Of a stretch of 64,000 bases of DNA, positions 24,875 to 37,807 are shown piece by piece. The position numbers and the translations under genes were made by a program. The notes beneath the pieces were generated by a model. That model did no database searches, was not told the DNA's origin, and worked only from the letters and a program-made list of their open reading frames with translations. Where the stretch lies: contig NW_005434656.1 in NCBI RefSeq assembly GCF_000315625.1, forward strand, positions 603,741 through 667,740. Direction: 5' to 3'. Origin of the DNA: Guillardia theta CCMP2712. Lineage: Eukaryota > Protista > Cryptophyta. The stretch's first letter is position 1. Each line of letters opens with the position of its first letter.

Positions 24875-25659
24875 CGCCCCAACCCGCCGAAACATTCGTG
24901 ACCCTCGGCACATCCCCGATCCCCTAGAAAACCAGCATGCAGAATGCCTCGATCGATGCGCCCTTGAAAACAGAGGACCCTACAAAGTTCGCCGGGCTCC
25001 TGCGCCAAAAATCACATAATGAGGATCACATTCGATGCTGGTTGAGGTGAAATAAGAATTTTCCCTCATTTCTCCAATATCTTTCCAGCTTATCTTCAAT
25101 ACTCTTCTCTTGATGCAGTTTCGTCCATTTTGAAAACCCAGGCAGATTTCGTTTCCTCACTTACATGGTAACTGTCTTTACCCCTCCTTGGCTCATCGTT
25201 ATCTTCCTGACCCACACTATTTTATAAATGTATCCCAATTCTTCTCTTACTCTTCTCTTCTCTTTTTCCTTTCTGTCATACAATCCATATTACTTTCTTG
25301 CTATCACCCCTCCCAGCTCTCTGCCCTCCACGCTTCCCCTCTACCCTGCTCTCCCCTGTCCTCTTCTATCTTCCTCGCCACCATCTTTCTCCCTTCTCCT
25401 CCTCTCGTTCCTCCTCTCCTTCCCGTCCATTTCGCTTCTCCTCGCTCCTCAGCTTCCTCTGCTTCGCTTCCCCGTCACCTGCCATCGCAGAGTTGTGATC
25501 ACCCCACCCCACCCTCACCCTCGAATTTTCACCCCACCCATTCCTTCCGAATTAAATCCACCCACCCCCATCTGAACATCCATATGTACCCCCATTTACC
25601 CACTACTACCCCACGATTTACATGAAACACCCTACCCCTTCGACTAGCAACCGCTCACC

Positions 25660-25850
25660 CCACCAGGTCTCTGAGGCAGGCTTGTCGAATGGGCACTGAC
25701 GCTGCACTCAGCCCGAAGTCCACTCCGAGGGTGCGTCACTGAGACGGTGATCGGACTGGGGCGCCGCGGTCGGGGTGGCCCGGCGCCGTCAACCAGCCTG
25801 ACAATCGCAATGGTGACTCAGCAGTACTCAGACAGCGGTCACGGGTCACA
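25660..25850. other. Class-1 intergenic palindromic-word island
   Basis: GGCACTGAC, GTCACTGAG, GGCGCCGCGG, GTGACTCAG, CAGTACTCAG and GGTCACGGGTCAC. Confidence 0.6.
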
Positions 25851-25880
25851 TGATATGGTATCTGCCAATCAACACTTTAC

Positions 25881-27834
25881 TTAGACTGTCAACTTGGTCC
25901 GCAAGAATGCTCGGGTGAAGCCCTTCAGACAAGGAAAGTTCGACAGGCGTGATAGACGAGAAAGCCAGATGGCGAGGAGGATGCCTGGCGATTGACACAT
26001 GATCTTCATCCTTCGCGATGCTCCTCGCAGCTTCATCCGCCAGATCTTCAACAGTCCTGCTGCATCCTTCCTGCATTGCTTGCACCACTTCACGTGCGAC
26101 ATGAGGTTTCTCCATCCCCTCCTCAACAGTTTCAACCTAGCTCCTGACTTTCTTCTCTCGTCGCCCATTCTCCTGTCCTTGGCAGTTTTTCTCTTCGAGA
26201 CAACTGAAGGTTTCAGCAGCAAATATTTTCTCTTGGACGGTGACGGCCTGAGAGGCTCATCGCCCCTCAGATCGACTGTTCCTAGACGGTCTACCAGATC
26301 ATCCACTGCTTGGAGATCTGGCGAAAGTGGTTCTCTACCCTCCCTGCTCAGATTGTCTTTGTCTATCGATAGAGCGATTCCATCTGTGTCAAGTTCTTCA
26401 ACCGCACTACCATGACACACCAAAGGCTCCCGTTGAACAGCGCTGATGAAAATACTCTCCTTTTCATCACTGCTGACTGTGTCTTTGCCCTCGATTACTT
26501 CACTGCCCCCCTTGCCTTGAAGCTCTTGCACCATCAAAATTTCAAGTTCAGACAAGAACTGAGCTTCCCAAATCTTGTAACAATTTTCTCGTGTCTGATT
26601 AGGCTCATTCTTGTAGACAACCATTGCGTTCTTCTCGAAACAAGGTAGAGATGATCTCGAGTCCGAGTCCTTTTCTGTCGCAGTGCTCGTCTCCCATTCG
26701 ACCTGCTTGGCATGTCTGGATTCTTCCCACGCTGTACTCATGAGCGTTGGTAGCGTACTCCTGACGAAGTTGGCGATCTCATAAAGGTTCATCCCGGCTT
26801 TCACAGTCTCTCGTAGGACGAGAGCTCCGACTCGGAGCGTGGTGAAGGCCGATATCTTCATCTTTTCGCTGCCCAGCTCTTCCATGAGTCCCCTGACAAG
26901 GTCTGGAAACACCTCCTTTGACAGTTGCTTCTCCAACATTTTCTTGACGCATTTGAGGAATGGCTTCTTTGCCTGCGGCCAGGTCTGCCATGCGAAGTAC
27001 ATGTTCTGCAGCAGCTCAAGGTTCGGGCCAGTCATTGGCGAGACGATCTCGGGTAGACACAGGCCATGATCTATCGGGAAGAGTTCTTGCGAAGAGCCCC
27101 GGTGATTGGGGTTAGAAGACTTACGCAGGAGAACGTTTCCCTCGTGTCTGTCGACGTTGAACAACAAGATGTCGAGGCATCCAATCTTAGGATCAGCTTC
27201 AGTTTCAATCGCATACACACACACAAGAATAGACCTTGTGCACTTCATTCGCTGAGATGCCACTCGGCCCTCGATCGCTCATGTCGATAGACGAAGGGAC
27301 ATAACGCTGGACTGATCCGAGCCTCTCCCCATGAGGAGTTCGTACTTTCATGACTGTTGTGTGGGGAACTCCGCTGTAGCCTCCAAGGATTCTACTCGAC
27401 ACGGCGTACGCAGCTTCTTCACGAGGAGCACACTGACCGCTGACCAAGGCCCATTTTGTGACGTCTTCAGGAACTCTTTCCTCATCCAGCGGCTGCACCA
27501 AGATAAGAAGCAAGCTTGACCAGGGAAGGCAGCAGACCTTGAAGACAGCGACGCCCTCGCCTCGCGAGTTGCTCAGCAGGTAGACTCCACTGGTTCCCTG
27601 GAGGGTCTCACTTGGTATCAGTTCCTCCAAGATCCTAGGGCTCAAAGGAGCAGCGAACTGCAATGGCAGTGAGCACCAAACCTTGAAAAGCAACACTCTA
27701 TGGTGAACCTCGTTTGGAACAATTTCTTCACAATCGCCTTCGTCGTCGATCTCGCAAGAGTCCTTCCTGTTCTCGTCCATCTCCTCAACCCCGAACAATT
27801 GTGACGGGGCACGAGAGGCAGGATTATAATGCAA
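25881..27834 (-). CDS. Type II phosphatidylinositol 4-kinase (plant PI4K-gamma-like); 5' end uncertain
   Basis: GTSGVYLL..VAVFK|PLDEE, REEAAY, GVPHT, GSVQRYV, EVHK|IGCLDILLFNVDRHEGNVL and PIDHGLCLP. Confidence 0.9.
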
Positions 27835-28739
27835 GTCCTGGAGTTGACTTGTGCTCGCTGGGCCCCTTGTTTCCGATTCTTGGATTCTCCTTGCCCCGTA
27901 TCACTTTATCTTTCTCCGTGAATTCTTTTACTTTTCTTTTCTTGTTGAGCTGGACAACAAAAGATAAGAAACAAAATCTTTCAGGTTCTCAGTTTCCGCA
28001 CAGCTGGTCTGAATTTGCTGTTGCCTCGCCAAATCTCCGTATTTTGGTTTCTCACGATTTGTTGATCTTATTCGTTTGTCACTCTTGGTTTCATACCTTC
28101 TGTCACTGCTCTCACTCTCTTTTGCTTTTTATCTCAAATGATGTATTTTTATCCGTTTCTTATTGACTCTTGACGTCAATTCTTGAATCCTTTGTTGTTT
28201 TGCCTTTTTCGGTTATCAGAATGAAATATTGTCCATCTCTTTTGTGCTGTTTCCCCTTCTCTTCTCCTTGCTCCTCCTGAAGTGCTCTCTAGTCTTTTCC
28301 CGCCTATCTCCTGTCTCTTGCCTCGCCCTCCTTCTCGCCCTCTCCTCTCCTCTCAACTTTCTCGCTCCCCCTCCTTCTCAGCAGTCCAACCACAAACCAT
28401 CGAAAAATCCGAAGAATCCACAATCAGTACCCCACCCCACCCTCACATACTTAGTACCCCACCCTCAAATCAGTCATTAAAAATACCCACCCTATCACAA
28501 GTGATTTTAAAGACCCTCACCCACTCTAGATTTGAGTCCATTTGGCCCGTTACAGGTACCCCTACCTACCCCCCTATCACACAACCCCTGTACAAATGTA
28601 CCCTGCTGAAGATGACCCTCATCTGTCACACTTTGTGTCCGTTACCCCCTTTTTTACATGGTTTTCTAGGGGTGGGGGTGATTTTCCCCTGAACTCAGGT
28701 ACGCGTGGGTTGCGAGAATGGGGATGGCGGGGGGTCCGT

Positions 28740-28778
28740 ATCCTTCATGTCCTGACGCGATCCTTCATGTCCTGACGC
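28740..28778. repeat. 20-bp-period tandem duplication (ATCCTTCATGTCCTGACGC x2)
   Basis: Directly visible. Confidence 0.9.
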
Positions 28779-29151
28779 AAGCAAAGATCTCTCCTTCCTC
28801 TTGTCTTTCTTGATCAAGTCGAACTCCTGCGAGCGATGAGACTATGTGATGTCATATGAACACGGCTGCAAACAATTGTATAACCCCCGAGCACCTGCCA
28901 CAGATCTTCGAAAACGATCAGAGAGGTTTGAAAGATTTACAGATCAGCTCTTCGCATTCAACAGGAAACATCCTGTCAAGATTCACGATCTTTGAACAAT
29001 TTCTTCACTCCTTGCTGAAATACAATCGACTCTGTTGTATTTTACAATTTGACCGAATAAACACTACGAGAATGTCATTAGCAGCCCCCGCCCCCCTCTT
29101 CCGTCCGCGTCGTCAGTCAGGAGGAAAGTCAATGCGCGAGTCCCTCTCTGC

Positions 29152-32149
29152 TCAGATCCTCCATGCAGTTATCGGGACAGTGAAGCCAACGATGCGAGAG
29201 AGCACACTCCCGCCTGCCGAGATCATGATGCCGATCATGAGGCGGAAGAGAGACTCTGAGAAGGGAAACCCCAAGACCTGCAGCCACCGTCTCGTCCTTG
29301 CAGAGAGGAGGAGAGTGACTCACGTGCAGCGGCGAGTGCGCGTCCTTCTGTGCAAGCCTGACGACGTCCTAGCCAGGATTGGATCAGACGATTAGAGTAG
29401 TGAAGCAGAGGAGGACAGGAGGACAGGACTTGATGATACTTGGTTACAAGGAGGGCATGATACGAGGAAAGAATAGAGAAGAACAGGAGGGAAGTCCCGC
29501 TAGACAAGAAATCAAAGGGAGACGAGGAAAAGAGACAGGCACAGGGTTTGGGCAGAAGAAGATTTACCAGGTACTTGACCGCTCTCTCAGCCTGTTCCTT
29601 CACTGCCGGATACTGCAAGAAGACAGAGTTAAGATGAGAGCAGGAACAAGGAGGAGAGGATCATGATCAGAGAGATCACATCTGAAGCGAAGGAGTGTAG
29701 CCTGCCGACCAAGGTCACAAGAGCAGCATCGCCAGCCTGCAGGATCTCACTTGAGTTGCTCATTCATCAGCACCGCAGGATCGTGTAGAATGTTCTGGGT
29801 CGAGGACGAGGTGAGTCTGCCGTCAGCTCCGATGGGAGCCTTACATTGGTCCTCGCTCCCAGCTGTATGATGCGGGTGACGTCCCTTCCCAGTATGAAGG
29901 CCAGCATCAGGGCCTGGAGGCGTCGATTAGTTCAAGGGCCCCGACTCAGAAAGCGGGACCTGACAGTCCGATACCCCCAGGAGCTGGGCGTTCCCTCCTC
30001 CCCGAAAGAATGCAACGACCTTGACAACTTTCAGTTGAGCAGGACGGGGCAGGGGATGCGGAGCCTTACGAAGTGCAGGAAGAGTACGCAGCAGACCAAG
30101 AACGAGACCTGGAACAAAATCACTAGCGACCCCCTGTCAGCTGTCAGCTTACAGTGACTATGAAGTCGACGGATCGAGCCAGAAACGTGGAAGAGTTCTG
30201 CTTCTTGATGTACTGGCGGAGGACCAGCCATGCTCGTACCTGCATACCGGCCCGTCATGCGGGCAGAGACGGGGGAAATTTAGGACCTGAGAAACAGAGG
30301 AGATCGAGAGATGTGGCAGGCAGGCTCGTCGAGCTGCGCGCAAGTCGAGGAGAGCACAGAGGTATCTTGCTCTTCGATTTAGCCGCCGGTAGGACTCGAC
30401 AGCTACGTTTGTGCTGGGCTGATCTCAGGAAGAAGGAGGGGAAATAAGAAGGCACCATGTCAGGATGCCCATTCCCATCACGAAGTTCGCCAACGTGCAG
30501 CTGACCGTAAGCGCGACCTCGGCTGTAGAGGAGCCGAACGCTGCCTGAAGGAAGCACAGATGTCACGTGAAGTGGGTCGAGGCCAGAAGACGACGGGGGA
30601 CCCGCAGCAGCTCGACGGGGGGTACAGTGAGGTCTTGGAAGCGCATCCGAGGACAAGTCGAGTCGTTGGGGAGACCCAGGCAGAGGGTCATAAGGCGATG
30701 GGTGGGAGCCGTCATGGCAAACGCCATGGCGCCGAAGAACGGGAGCTGCAGAAGCGATGATGGGAGTGATACCGCAAGGAGACAGGACCTGCGAACTCTT
30801 CCGCTTCTGCTCTTTCCTCGCCACGTAAACCTCGCGGCACAAGTCGTACAGCGATACGGTGAACGTCTTCCTGTTCCTGCAACAAGATATTCAGACGGGA
30901 AGGACCAGCAGTAAGGGCGCACGAGTCAAACACGGTCAGCATTTCGTTCTGCATGTAGTTCCACTGCTCCTGGAGCTCCTGGAACTGCTGCTCACCCGGT
31001 CAAACCCTGACCATCATCATCTCCCAATCTTACGAATCTGAACGACTCGGACATCTTGCGGTTCGTAAGATCATCTGTAGACGACATCGGGGAAGGGTTG
31101 TCCCCCTTGTCCAGCTCAGCCCCGTCGAGCCCAGACTTGTCGAGCTCGGCCTTCTTGTCATTCGGAGAGACGTTTGACATGAGGTCTTCGAGGTCGTCGA
31201 ACGAGTACCTTCCCAGCCGGTCAGGCGAGTAGATGGCTGAGTACGTGGCCTGGCGACAGAGCATGAGGGGCTGGGAGTGGGAGGAGGGGGCCGACCAGGA
31301 TGATGAGGTAGAGGAGGAGGACCTCCCTGGTCTCGTAAGTGTCCTTGCCGTTGTAGTAGAGCCAGTAAGAGCCTGAAGGCCTCAGGTGAGTGACAACAAG
31401 CTCGAGCAGCCTGGAAGATCGCACATGCGATGATCGTCATCAGCAGGATAGAGCAGAGCACCTCCTGCCACGCTCCTGCGTCAGATGCTGCGAGGGAAGC
31501 CGCGGGCCGCACCAGCGCCTTGCCGCTAAAGAAGAGGATCTTGAAGTGCTTTCCTAGATGGAGCAGGCAGCCCTTGGACCTGGCACTCGAGAGGATGGGG
31601 ATGGAGAGGAACGCTGGAGCCACCGCCAAGTGAATCAGCAGCTGCAGGAATCTTACCCACCTAATCTCCATCTTCGCCGCACTCTCCCTTCCTGGCATAT
31701 CAGACGGGAGGAGTAGGAGGAGAGAGGAGGGACCTGGACCGCTGGCGGTACAGAGAGCTTCCTGTCGCCAGGTCCTCGACGAGAGAGAACTCGAAGAGCA
31801 AGGGGATGCGGTTCTCGAAGTCAGCAGGCTCGGACCCCCTCGCCTCCTCGTGCTCGTCTGCCTGAGAGCTGTCATCGTCGATGGCAGTCAGGCCTGACGC
31901 CCAGCTTGCGCTCCTCTTCTTGAGCATCTGAGGATGCTGCACCCCCTCCGACAAGCTCGAGCCTGCAGCCTCCTTCTTCCATCGCACTCCCTTGATCGCA
32001 GGAGACACGAGGTAGTGGGGGAAGGGATGGTCGACTGCCGGCCTCTCGCTCTCCTCGTGCGGATTTTCCCTCCCTGCATGCTCGCACGTCCCATCTGCTG
32101 AGGGGGAACTGGGAGCCGACGAGCTCGCCACCCGTGTGGCGTCCGCCAT
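29152..32149 (-). CDS. PHTF: PHTF-family multi-pass membrane protein
   Basis: Spliced VAVESYRRLNRRARYLCALLDLRAARRACLPHLSISSVSQ|VRAWLVLRQYIKKQ...RSVDFIVT; RIIQLGARTN..PAVLMNEQ; PLH|VLGFPFSESLFRLMIGIMISAGGSVLSRIVGFTVPITAWRI*. These parallel remembered PHTF1 motifs (VAERTY..ARRA..PH..WLSLRSYLK..RSVDVIV; LLTEQ; PFRLYG..ILSAVSGVISDLLGF..LWKI). Confidence 0.8.
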
Positions 32150-32412
32150 CGTGGGAGAGCGCGGATCGGTGAAAGTGCCGATGATGAGAGGAGGGAGGCA
32201 AGGAAGGAGAGGAGAGAGGGAGTGTGAGGGGAAGGGACGAGGAGAGGCTGGAGAGCTGCTGGAGGGCAGGGAGCGGCGAAGACGGGCGGGGGCAGCGGCT
32301 CGATAGGTGGCCTGGGGAGGCAATGGTTCAAGAGGTCAGAAAGGGATTTCTGCAATTTCGGAGGTAGATTTGGCGGGAGGAGAGGGAGGGAGGAGGAGGG
32401 AAGGAGCAGCAG

Positions 32413-34082
32413 ATGAGGAGGTCGCGTCAGCTCTGGATGCTGCTCGCCATGTTGGCGATGGCGTCAGGTGCGAAGGACAGGCGAAGCAGCGGGGAAGCAG
32501 CGGGAGTGGGCGGGGGAGCGGGAGCGGGAGGAGGAGGTGGGGGGGGAGTGGGCGGGGGGTCGGGACTGGGAGGAGCGGGAGCAGGACCTTCCGGCGGGGA
32601 GGGAAGGGAGGAGATTCTGGAGGAGAGGGCCAAAGTCATGCCCGTCTTCGTCATGTTCTATGCTCCGGTACGAGTGGGCGACCAGGTCTATCCTCTGACG
32701 GCCCCGCAGTGGTGCAATCACTGCAAGAGGATGGCGCAGGCATGGAGCGAGCTCGGAGACCGAGTGAGGAAGTCGAGGGAGATGATCCATGTGAGCTCTT
32801 CGTCTTCCTCCTACTCCTTGAGTACCACCACCACCAACAACAACAACAACAAACTCCTCCTCCTCCTCCTCCTCCTCTTCCTCCTCCTCCTCCTCCTCCT
32901 CCTCCTCCTCCTTGGTTCGACTGCCAGCTCTCCTCGTCTCTCTCCTCGTTCCTCACTGCAAAGTACCTGTGTAGATCACCAAGATAGACTGCACGTCGAC
33001 CTACGGGAGCTCGACGTGCTCCCGGCATGGGATCAAGGCATATCCTACCATGAAGCTTCTCTTCAACGTCCCTGAGGTACTCCTTTCCCTCTGACCACCG
33101 TCTGATCCCCCGGCAGGAGGAGACAGTACGCGAGATCAACTACAAGCGAGCGAGGACGAGCGACGCTCTCTTCCATTTCGCACAGGAAGCGGCGGCCAAC
33201 CCTCGGAAGCTCCAGGTCCCTTGCCATGAGCCGGTAAAGCTGCTGAAGCTCGTTGACAGGACAAGATCAATGCGGAGGCAGATGAGACGGCCCAGAGGTG
33301 CCTTGCGCCTCCTCTCTCTTGCCAGGTGTGACTGAAGCAATCTGCATACAAGATGGGTTCACCATCAGGAAGTGGAGAGTAAGGTTGTTTGCCATTTGTT
33401 AACCACACCCGCCAACAATTTGAGCAGGGGCCCGTCAAAGAACTTTCTGACTACAACTTTGACGAGATAGCAAGCGAGTATGTATCCTCTCAGATGTATC
33501 CCGGATGCTCTCCCTCTATACATCAGTTGCTCCGCATGTAACCAGCCCGAGCAGAGACGGAACCGTAGTCTTCGTCCAGTTCTTCGTGCCGTGGGTGAGG
33601 GAGAAGGGCACACGGGGTCAGGATTGTTTTATCTTTACTCAGCCTGCAGTGTGTCTACTGCAAGAAGCTGAAACCCACGTGGGAGGAGCTAGGTGGGGGG
33701 TCTCGAGACCTTGTTGGATCCTGACACAAGGAGTGGGTGCAGGGCTCGAGTTTGCTGAGCTGCCGGACGTGATCATCGCCAAAGTTAACTGCAAGAAGCA
33801 GAAAGTAGTCTGCAAGCATCACGTAGGGAGCTCGGGTGTGCGGGGAGTCATGTGAAGATGGCGGTCCAGGTACAGAAGGGTTATCCGACGCTGAAGCTCT
33901 TCGTCAATGGGACGGAGAGTCAGGTTCGAAGTAGGCAGTGGGTGTGCAAGACTTGACGCCTTTGCCAGTATCTAGGGCCGAGGGACCTGTCTTCCTTGAA
34001 GTTTCACGTGGAGAAGTCGCTGTGGAGGGCTGGCTTCAAACCGGACGAGTACGGCAACCTTCAGCAGTACGCAAGCCCATAG
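32413..34082 (+). CDS. Protein-disulfide-isomerase-like protein with signal peptide and two thioredoxin domains (WCNHC, WCVYC); could be two genes
   Basis: VMFYAP|WCNHCKRMAQAW..KIDCT..IKAYPTMKL and VKELSDYNFDE..VFVQFFVPW|CVYCKKLKPTWEELG..IAKVNC..GYPTLKLF. Confidence 0.8.
32824..32912. repeat. Compound (CCA)n(CAA)n(CCT)n microsatellite inside an intron
   Basis: Directly visible between a GTGAG donor and a TAG acceptor. Confidence 0.9.
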
Positions 34083-34150
34083 CGATCAGAGGCTCTCGAG
34101 GCCCGAGCTCCCGAGCAACATCACCCTTTCAAGATGTTTCATTTGTTCGA

Positions 34151-37100
34151 TTATACAGTCCCAACCTCCAGCAGAAGAGATACCTCCTCCACACATCGCT
34201 GAAGCGACCTCTTGTTTCGCATCAGCATCAGCACGTCCTGCACGAGCTCCTGGCGCTTGTATCCGAGGATCGTGCCGGTGCTGCCAGTGGGCTCGTCTTT
34301 CAGGCAGAAGGACTGGTACAGGAGCATCTCGCACAGCTCCCTCAGCCGGCTCTCCAGGTCCTTGTCGATCAGATACTTGACGTACAAGTCCAGCCAGTAC
34401 TTGAACTCCGAGCTGGAGTTGAGCGTCATGGAGGCGGCCAAGAGCGTCTCCACATGTGCCAAGGTGATCTGCGAGGTCTGTAGAGGGTCCATGACAATCA
34501 TGGCGGGGAGATGCTGGGGCTTCACCCCACGGCTGGCGAGTTCCAAGGCCTTCCGCAGGTGGCCCTCATCCCCTCTCGCTTCCCCGCTCAACCGATGGTG
34601 TGAAAAATACTCCGACGACCGAAATTGACTCTCTGCGATCCTTACCATGCACTTCATACCCTTGTGATACGCGTAGCACTGTCCATCGCTCATTCCCACG
34701 ATCGGTTGACCGTCACCGGTGATCCAAAAGTTGTCAACCTCCACCCCCTCGTGAAGCACAGCATGGATATTCGCTGAACAAGTCTCGGTCTGGCTGACCA
34801 CATCCCAAACTCGGATGTTCCCGTCACAAGTCAACACACCAAGGAACGGTTCCATACCCTTGCCGGCTTGCAGGCATGTTGCCTGCGCTGAAAGAGCTAT
34901 TGCTGGCATCATTCGTCGACCTTTCGTGCTGTAGACGTATAGGCATGACTCTTTGCAGGTAACAGCGCTGAACCTACGATTCGCACTGACAGCAGTCACA
35001 TGCTCCTTGAAGTAATCCCGCCAGACCTCAGCGCCATCTTCCTTCACGCAGTTCACAACGCTCCAGTCATCCGCTCGAGAGCAGTTCAGGTAGAGAGACC
35101 CTTGCGAAGAGCTGCCCAGTCCGTTTGAAGCAATCTGAGAGTCGCTGCCACTACAAATCTGCAATGTGATCGTTTCTTTGTGCTTCAGGGGTTTTAGGAC
35201 TTGAACTGGAAGGTTGATTACATTATCTGCTGAAGGAAGTTGTCCGGCGAGAGCCTGTCTCTTATCTCTTGTTCCATCGCCTTTTGCACCAGATGCCGCC
35301 TTTCGCTTCTTGCTGTCTGACGTTGATACGGAAGTTGTGCTTGAATTTTCATTTTGGATTGCCTCTGTGTTGCTTGGATTACTACTTTCGGTTGTAGGAT
35401 TGGGCGATGTCAATGATAAGCTATTAGTTGATTGTTTCTGGCTTGCTGTAGAATTCTCAGAAATTGCAGGTAACCCATTCTCTTGTGAAGATGATGCTTT
35501 TTGTGGCTGTACCGTAGTGTGTGAATTAGTACTCGAGCTTGCAACTGTTGTTCCAGCTGATACAGGCAAGCTAGAACTTGTGCTGCCATTTTGCATTGGC
35601 TGGGAAGCAGGCAACGAATTCTGTACAGGGGAAATTTCTACTATCGAAGGCTGAACCACTTTCGGGCAAATTCTTCTCTTTCCACCCGAGGTTCTGGTCT
35701 CCTCCTGTTTCGAGCGAACAACTGTTTCCTTCATTTCGCTGACTGATACAGTGTTCACGGTTTTCGCCTCTGTTTGCCGAGATTTCTCAAAGTTGAGTTG
35801 AGCTAAGTCTTCAGGTAAATCAAGCTCACCACTATTCGCCGTCTGATCACCATAGTACTTTCGCAAGATCTTTTGCTTTTCGTCGGCTAAGACCAAAGAT
35901 CCGATTTCCTTCGCAGAGAAGAAGATGACTGCCACTGTCCCATCATGGCTGCATGCCGTCAGGATGTAACTATTCTCTCCTCCCCAACTTATGTCGTAGA
36001 TTTCCTGGTCGAACAATTCCTTGATTATCGTCAGGGGCTTCCCCTGCCCATTTGCAGACCAGATTGTGAATTCACTCTTTTGTGATCCCATGGCACATAC
36101 TGCATCAATCTTGTTGTTTCGTTTCAAAAGCTGAGGGTGGAATGAAGCCACAGTCACTGGAGCACTACATTGAAAAACAACACATCGTCACTCCAGTGGG
36201 AATGCTCAAAGGAAACTCTCAGCCTTACCTCCATCCTTGCATAGTAGCGTCTCGCTCCCATCGCGCGTCATCATCTTTGCCTCCATCGCGTTTCAAAAGT
36301 GCGCAGGTGTACTTGTTGCTTATGAAGGCGTTCACTGTCGCCAGATTCCTTCAAAACAAAAGTAAATGGACATCGAATGGCCGTGGCAGTGCAATCATTA
36401 CTGTCCATCCGGCGACCAGCTGAGCCTGAGGAACATTGGCTCATCAGGAGCCTCAATGTATCCTGCTGTGTTCTTTACTTCTTTCTATTCAAGAAAGAGT
36501 AAGAACATCACAGTGACAACCTCCATCATCCACCTGCCAATCTCGAACCCTCCAGACGACAGTGCTCTTTTCTTCACCGCCGATGACTTGTGCTGCTAGA
36601 TACTTACCGATCGGATCCCAGGAGACTCCCTTGACCATTCCATTCTCGCGCAACTTTGCCACAGGCACATTTCCATGAAGGTCCCAAACAAAGACGTAGT
36701 TGTCCAATCCACAGGAAGCAAGTCTAGTCCCATTCGGACACCAGGCTACATGCAGTACCTACAACAATCTCACCAGGGATGCATCCAGACTCCTTGCAGC
36801 ATTACGTCAAGTTCGTGTCCTCGGAAGGAATGCCTGACAATCCACTCTTCGTAGCTGAGGTTCTTGTTGCCAAGCGTCTTGATAGGGTTGGCATAAGTGT
36901 AGCCGAGATGCAGAACTAAGACAGTCTTGTCTCCAGCACAGCTCGCAAGAAATCTCCTGTGAAAGTGGAAATGTCATCACATACCAGGTCGGACACTATC
37001 CCATGCAAGTACCCGCAAGGGGACCACCGCACGCAGTTAACCGCCTCAGTATGATGGTTGCAAGAGCTCAACATCTTTGGCGATGTACTGTTATCCTGCT

Positions 37101-37286
37101 TGATACATTCCATGTTCCATATTCTTATCATGCAATCTGTGTAATGCTACATCAGTCTGCGCTCGTTCGAAACGAAAGATGACCTCCACCGCCTGTCGCT
37201 AGTCTCGATGAGTCAGGTCGACAATGCACCGAGTAGATAGGTGTTCGATTATCATGAGAAACCCACTCTGGCTTTACAATCTTCAT
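34151..37286 (-). CDS. HIRA: Histone H3.3 chaperone HIRA (WD40 repeats, B-domain, Hira C-terminal domain)
   Basis: MKIVKPEWVSHDNRTPIYSVHCRPDSSRLATGGG, HTEAVNCVRWS, VKGVSWDPIGKYLA, B-motif QEETRTSGGKRRICP and TLAHVET..EFKYWL..RLRELC. Confidence 0.95.
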
Positions 37287-37744
37287 TACTGAATCTGGAT
37301 AGAGCATGTCAGTTAAGCTGGAACCACGACAACACTCGACCGTGTTTCTCCTCCTGTCTACAACGAGCAAACATTGTTTCAAAACTACTTCCTCTTCTTG
37401 TCAACATAGCACTATCACCCTCAACGATGTCCCTACATGCCTCCCCCCCCATGAACAAGGCAGTCTCAACATATCACATCCTTCGCTTCTCTGTATATCC
37501 GGCTTCCTGCCTAGGTTTGGCAGGAGGGGAGAGAATTGTGCGAGCCAAGCTCCTCAAGCTCCCGCCAAAACTTCTCCTACCCCTCATACTCCACCCCCAC
37601 CCCCATCAATTCCAGGCCCGATTGTAATAGCAGTACCCCACGAATATCGAAAGAGCTTTCCTACCTTGTCCACCCCTCCCTCAGACCCCACCCACCACCT
37701 TCTGCCCCAGGTTCCAAGAGCTCTGAGGCGAACCTCTGAAACAT

Positions 37745-37800
37745 GGCCGTTACAACGGTCTGTTAAAGGCGTTACAAATGCGAACGATAGGGCGTAACGG
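37745..37800. promoter_or_regulatory. Cluster of Myb/MSA-like (T/C)AACGG sites in the HIRA-ankyrin divergent promoter
   Basis: CCGTTA at 37747, CAACGG at 37753 and TAACGG at 37795, the last immediately upstream of the ATG at 37808. Confidence 0.5.
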
Positions 37801-37807
37801 TCACACC

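Noticed and set aside
33325-33340. TGA between the two thioredoxin domains as a possible selenocysteine
   Set aside because: It is not in a redox motif, both active sites are CxxC, and an alternative acceptor removes it.
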